A stretch of DNA of 64,000 nucleotides, taken from positions 151,962,001 to 152,026,000 of the forward strand of contig CM097883.1 in assembly GCA_044892505.1 (NCBI GenBank). The letters are read 5' to 3'. Below, piece after piece: positions 61,599 to 64,000 of the stretch. A model generated the notes under the pieces. The model did not search any database and was not told the origin of the DNA. It worked only from the letters and a program-made list of their open reading frames with translations. This stretch comes from Schmidtea nova. Its lineage: Eukaryota. The position numbers and the translations under genes were made by a program. The stretch's first letter is position 1, and each line of letters opens with the position of its first letter.

Positions 61599-62227
61599 TA
61601 TTCAATCTTCAATCCAATATAAATCAAATAAATTGATTTTTCAAATGTCATGAGTGAAATGTCACATACCTTAGAAAAGACTACTGGTCTTCTTTGTATT
61701 AGAGTTTCAGAGCATAGTCAATTTATTGGATTTAGCGTTGTTTCCAATTATATCAATGTTTGTGAATATGAGTGTGAGAATGTTGAGTGCGTGTGTTTAC
61801 TTCAATTTTTGAGGTTTAAGTAAATTAACTGATGCGATTGTGACGATTCTTGTTTTCTTTTGATCTTTATTCTATACTCGTTTAATTTTTCAAAAGTCAT
61901 TGGGGAAATGCCACATACTTTGGAAAAGACGTCTTTTCTATACTCGAGTGTTAGAGCATTTTCAATTGATGATTATGGACTTCGTTTTCAGTCATACTGT
62001 TGTTTATAAATATGGGAATATTTAAAAAATATTCTTAAAAAATATTTTTAAAAAAAAAGAATATCATTTTTTAAAATTAATTTATTTAAATTAAAAATAA
62101 AATAATTTTATCGTTTTAAATTTTTTGGCTATTTTATAAAATTACAATATACATTTTATTTAAAACTTATGATTAATTTGTTTGAAAATTACTTTATTTG
62201 ATTTATATTCGAATGGAATATTGAATA

Positions 62228-62268
62228 GCACCTGATGATGAGAATGAAGTTTTCAAAATATATTGTGC
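62228..62268 (+). ncRNA. Hammerhead motif, family A (G12>A, probably inactive)
   Basis: gcac CTGATGA t gagaa-tgaag-ttttc aaaa tatatt gtgc. Confidence 0.55.
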
Positions 62269-62323
62269 AGAATATATATTTGTATTGGTGTTTGTTTTTA
62301 ATTATTTTAGTGCCATGTTTGTT

Positions 62324-62358
<35 letters not shown>

Positions 62359-64000
62359 GATATAGTAATGGAGAACAAAAGTATTCATACTAAACTAGAG
62401 TTACTATTGGCTCTTGTTTATAGTAAAAACAACAGTCAAAAATTTTGTTTTGGCGGAAAACGACTAGACGAAGATCCTGAAAACTTTACAATCAACAATG
62501 TTGAAATATCCATACAATTGTCAACTAGAATTTTGAAGAATTCCAAAAAAATATTTCCAAATGATTGTCTAACAATATTCAGATATTTTTGAGACAAGAA
62601 AATATCAGTAGACAGTTTTTTAGGGGCTCAAACTCAGAAAGTGAAAGGATTAGAGTTGTACCGAGCTATCTAAAAATGGACAATTTCAAGATATTAGGAG
62701 GATATTTTACTACAATTACGAGAGGAACAAACGAGAATGGAACAGCAGAACTTTGTTGTACCGTGAAAGAATTAATCATGTTCTCAATGAAAACATCTCC
62801 TGTCAGTTTATAGACCAGATCAAATCAATTTATTAATCGGTAGAGATATCATAACGAAGTACAACAACAAAACGACTGTTGACTTGAATAGAATGTATTT
62901 TGTCATTTATCTTTTCATTTTCCTAAAGTTATTAAAAAATACAATAGTGATATGATTTTTATTTTAGTTATCTAAATTCAGTTTAATACATTTAATTAAT
63001 AATCTATATTTTTATTTGCTAAATTTTTTCAAAAAAGCTTCACTTACGGTAAATTTTATACTAATTAGATTGTGGAGAATTTTTATTGGCAAAAATAGAT
63101 TTTATATAAAAATTAATTGCACTCTCGCTTTATTACATCGAATTTTATTTTAGGTTTTTAATAATTGACAATGTTACATTGAAAAATATATATTTTGCCA
63201 CAAAAAAACTTTAAAATAATTAAAATAAACTCTTCTTCATATCATTCCGATATTTATTTAATAAATATAAATAATGCTGAATTTATTATTGAATTTTATT
63301 TATTTAATTATTTATTTATTATAAATTAAAATTATCAAATATTTTAAGATTAATTAATTCTAACAAATGTTAATCTAAATATTTCTAAAATATTAAATCA
63401 ATTAATTTTTTTCTTTTGTAAATGACCAAAGAATGATTTACTAGCTAAAAAGTGAATAAAAATAATTGATGGAAAGTTTCTTTACACAATTTTACAAAAA
63501 TGTATTTCATTTGTGATTAATGCTTAGTGGACCAATGATGGAGAATTGTAGAAGAGAATTGTTCCACAAAAAAAATGCATTGTAAAAACAATGCCATTCA
63601 AATTAATAATTTAAATACCCAATAATTAAAATGTCGTGAGGACTGACGAAATAAAAGTAAAATTAAACACTGGATAAATAATCATCATTTTCACCAGACC
63701 AAATTGAATTGGCCTCGCAAAATATTTTAATAAAATTCGCCCCATTAATTATTAAATTGTAATTCTTGGTGTTTATCTGAATTCAATCGAAGAAACAAAT
63801 GTCTGTAATTATTACGAGAATACAATGAAAATACACCCAGGAATAGGGAACTGTTGATGGGGAGAATGACAAATTGCATTGAATGTATTTTCTTGCAAAT
63901 TACAGTGACTTGGACATTGCACAATTTCATTTGCAATTAAGGGATTTAATGGTAATTTTTAACTTAAAGAATCTTTAAAGAATTGCAAAATGATTGGGTC

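Larger units (their letters stand above)
61534..62326. mobile_element. Family A element with asymmetric inverted ends, flanked by (TA)n tracts
   Basis: Short left arm 61534-61645, long arm 61646-62326 ending ...gtgccatgtttgttgtg; (TA)n at 61478-61525 and 62327-62357. Confidence 0.85.

Noticed and set aside
62368-62813. Two adjacent ORFs (74 and 82 aa)
   Set aside because: No recognisable motifs or consistent frame.
1-64000. CRISPR arrays, rRNA, complete tRNA genes or an SL RNA gene
   Set aside because: None seen. The tRNA match is only an 18-nt PBS, and the SL copies lack the downstream GT donor and Sm-site intron.

Overview
AT-rich, gap-ridden eukaryotic scaffold made almost entirely of decayed mobile DNA and retrocopies. 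No clearly intact host gene is visible. Two copies of a 42-43 nt motif ending in ATG match the freshwater-planarian spliced leader (SL) as I recall it, which points to a triclad flatworm. Main systems: (1) 42.2-46.9 kb, a head-out pair of LTR-derived cassettes. The same element leader ending in an SL is fused to two different intronless cargoes (CNOT4 and an unknown ORF). Each cargo is closed by a stem-conserved hairpin and followed by an SMYD5 fragment, and an LTR end, a tRNA-iMet PBS and an orphan gag-position ORF lie in the centre. This suggests SL-guided capture of trans-spliced mRNAs. (2) 18700-25926, a PolB-only fold-back Polinton/Maverick derivative with a clean 6-bp TSD, 1.55-kb inverted arms, an internal inversion and a 4-exon spliced ORF. 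A separate decayed Polinton virion module lies at 35.5-39.8 kb. (3) Several Penelope-type families carrying minimal hammerhead ribozymes, usually arranged as inverted arms. Also present: a hAT/Buster element and a hAT MITE with 8-bp TSDs, a piggyBac remnant, a Ty3/gypsy-type pol remnant, an actin pseudogene, tandem repeats and microsatellites. All family assignments come from motif recognition; no database search was run.
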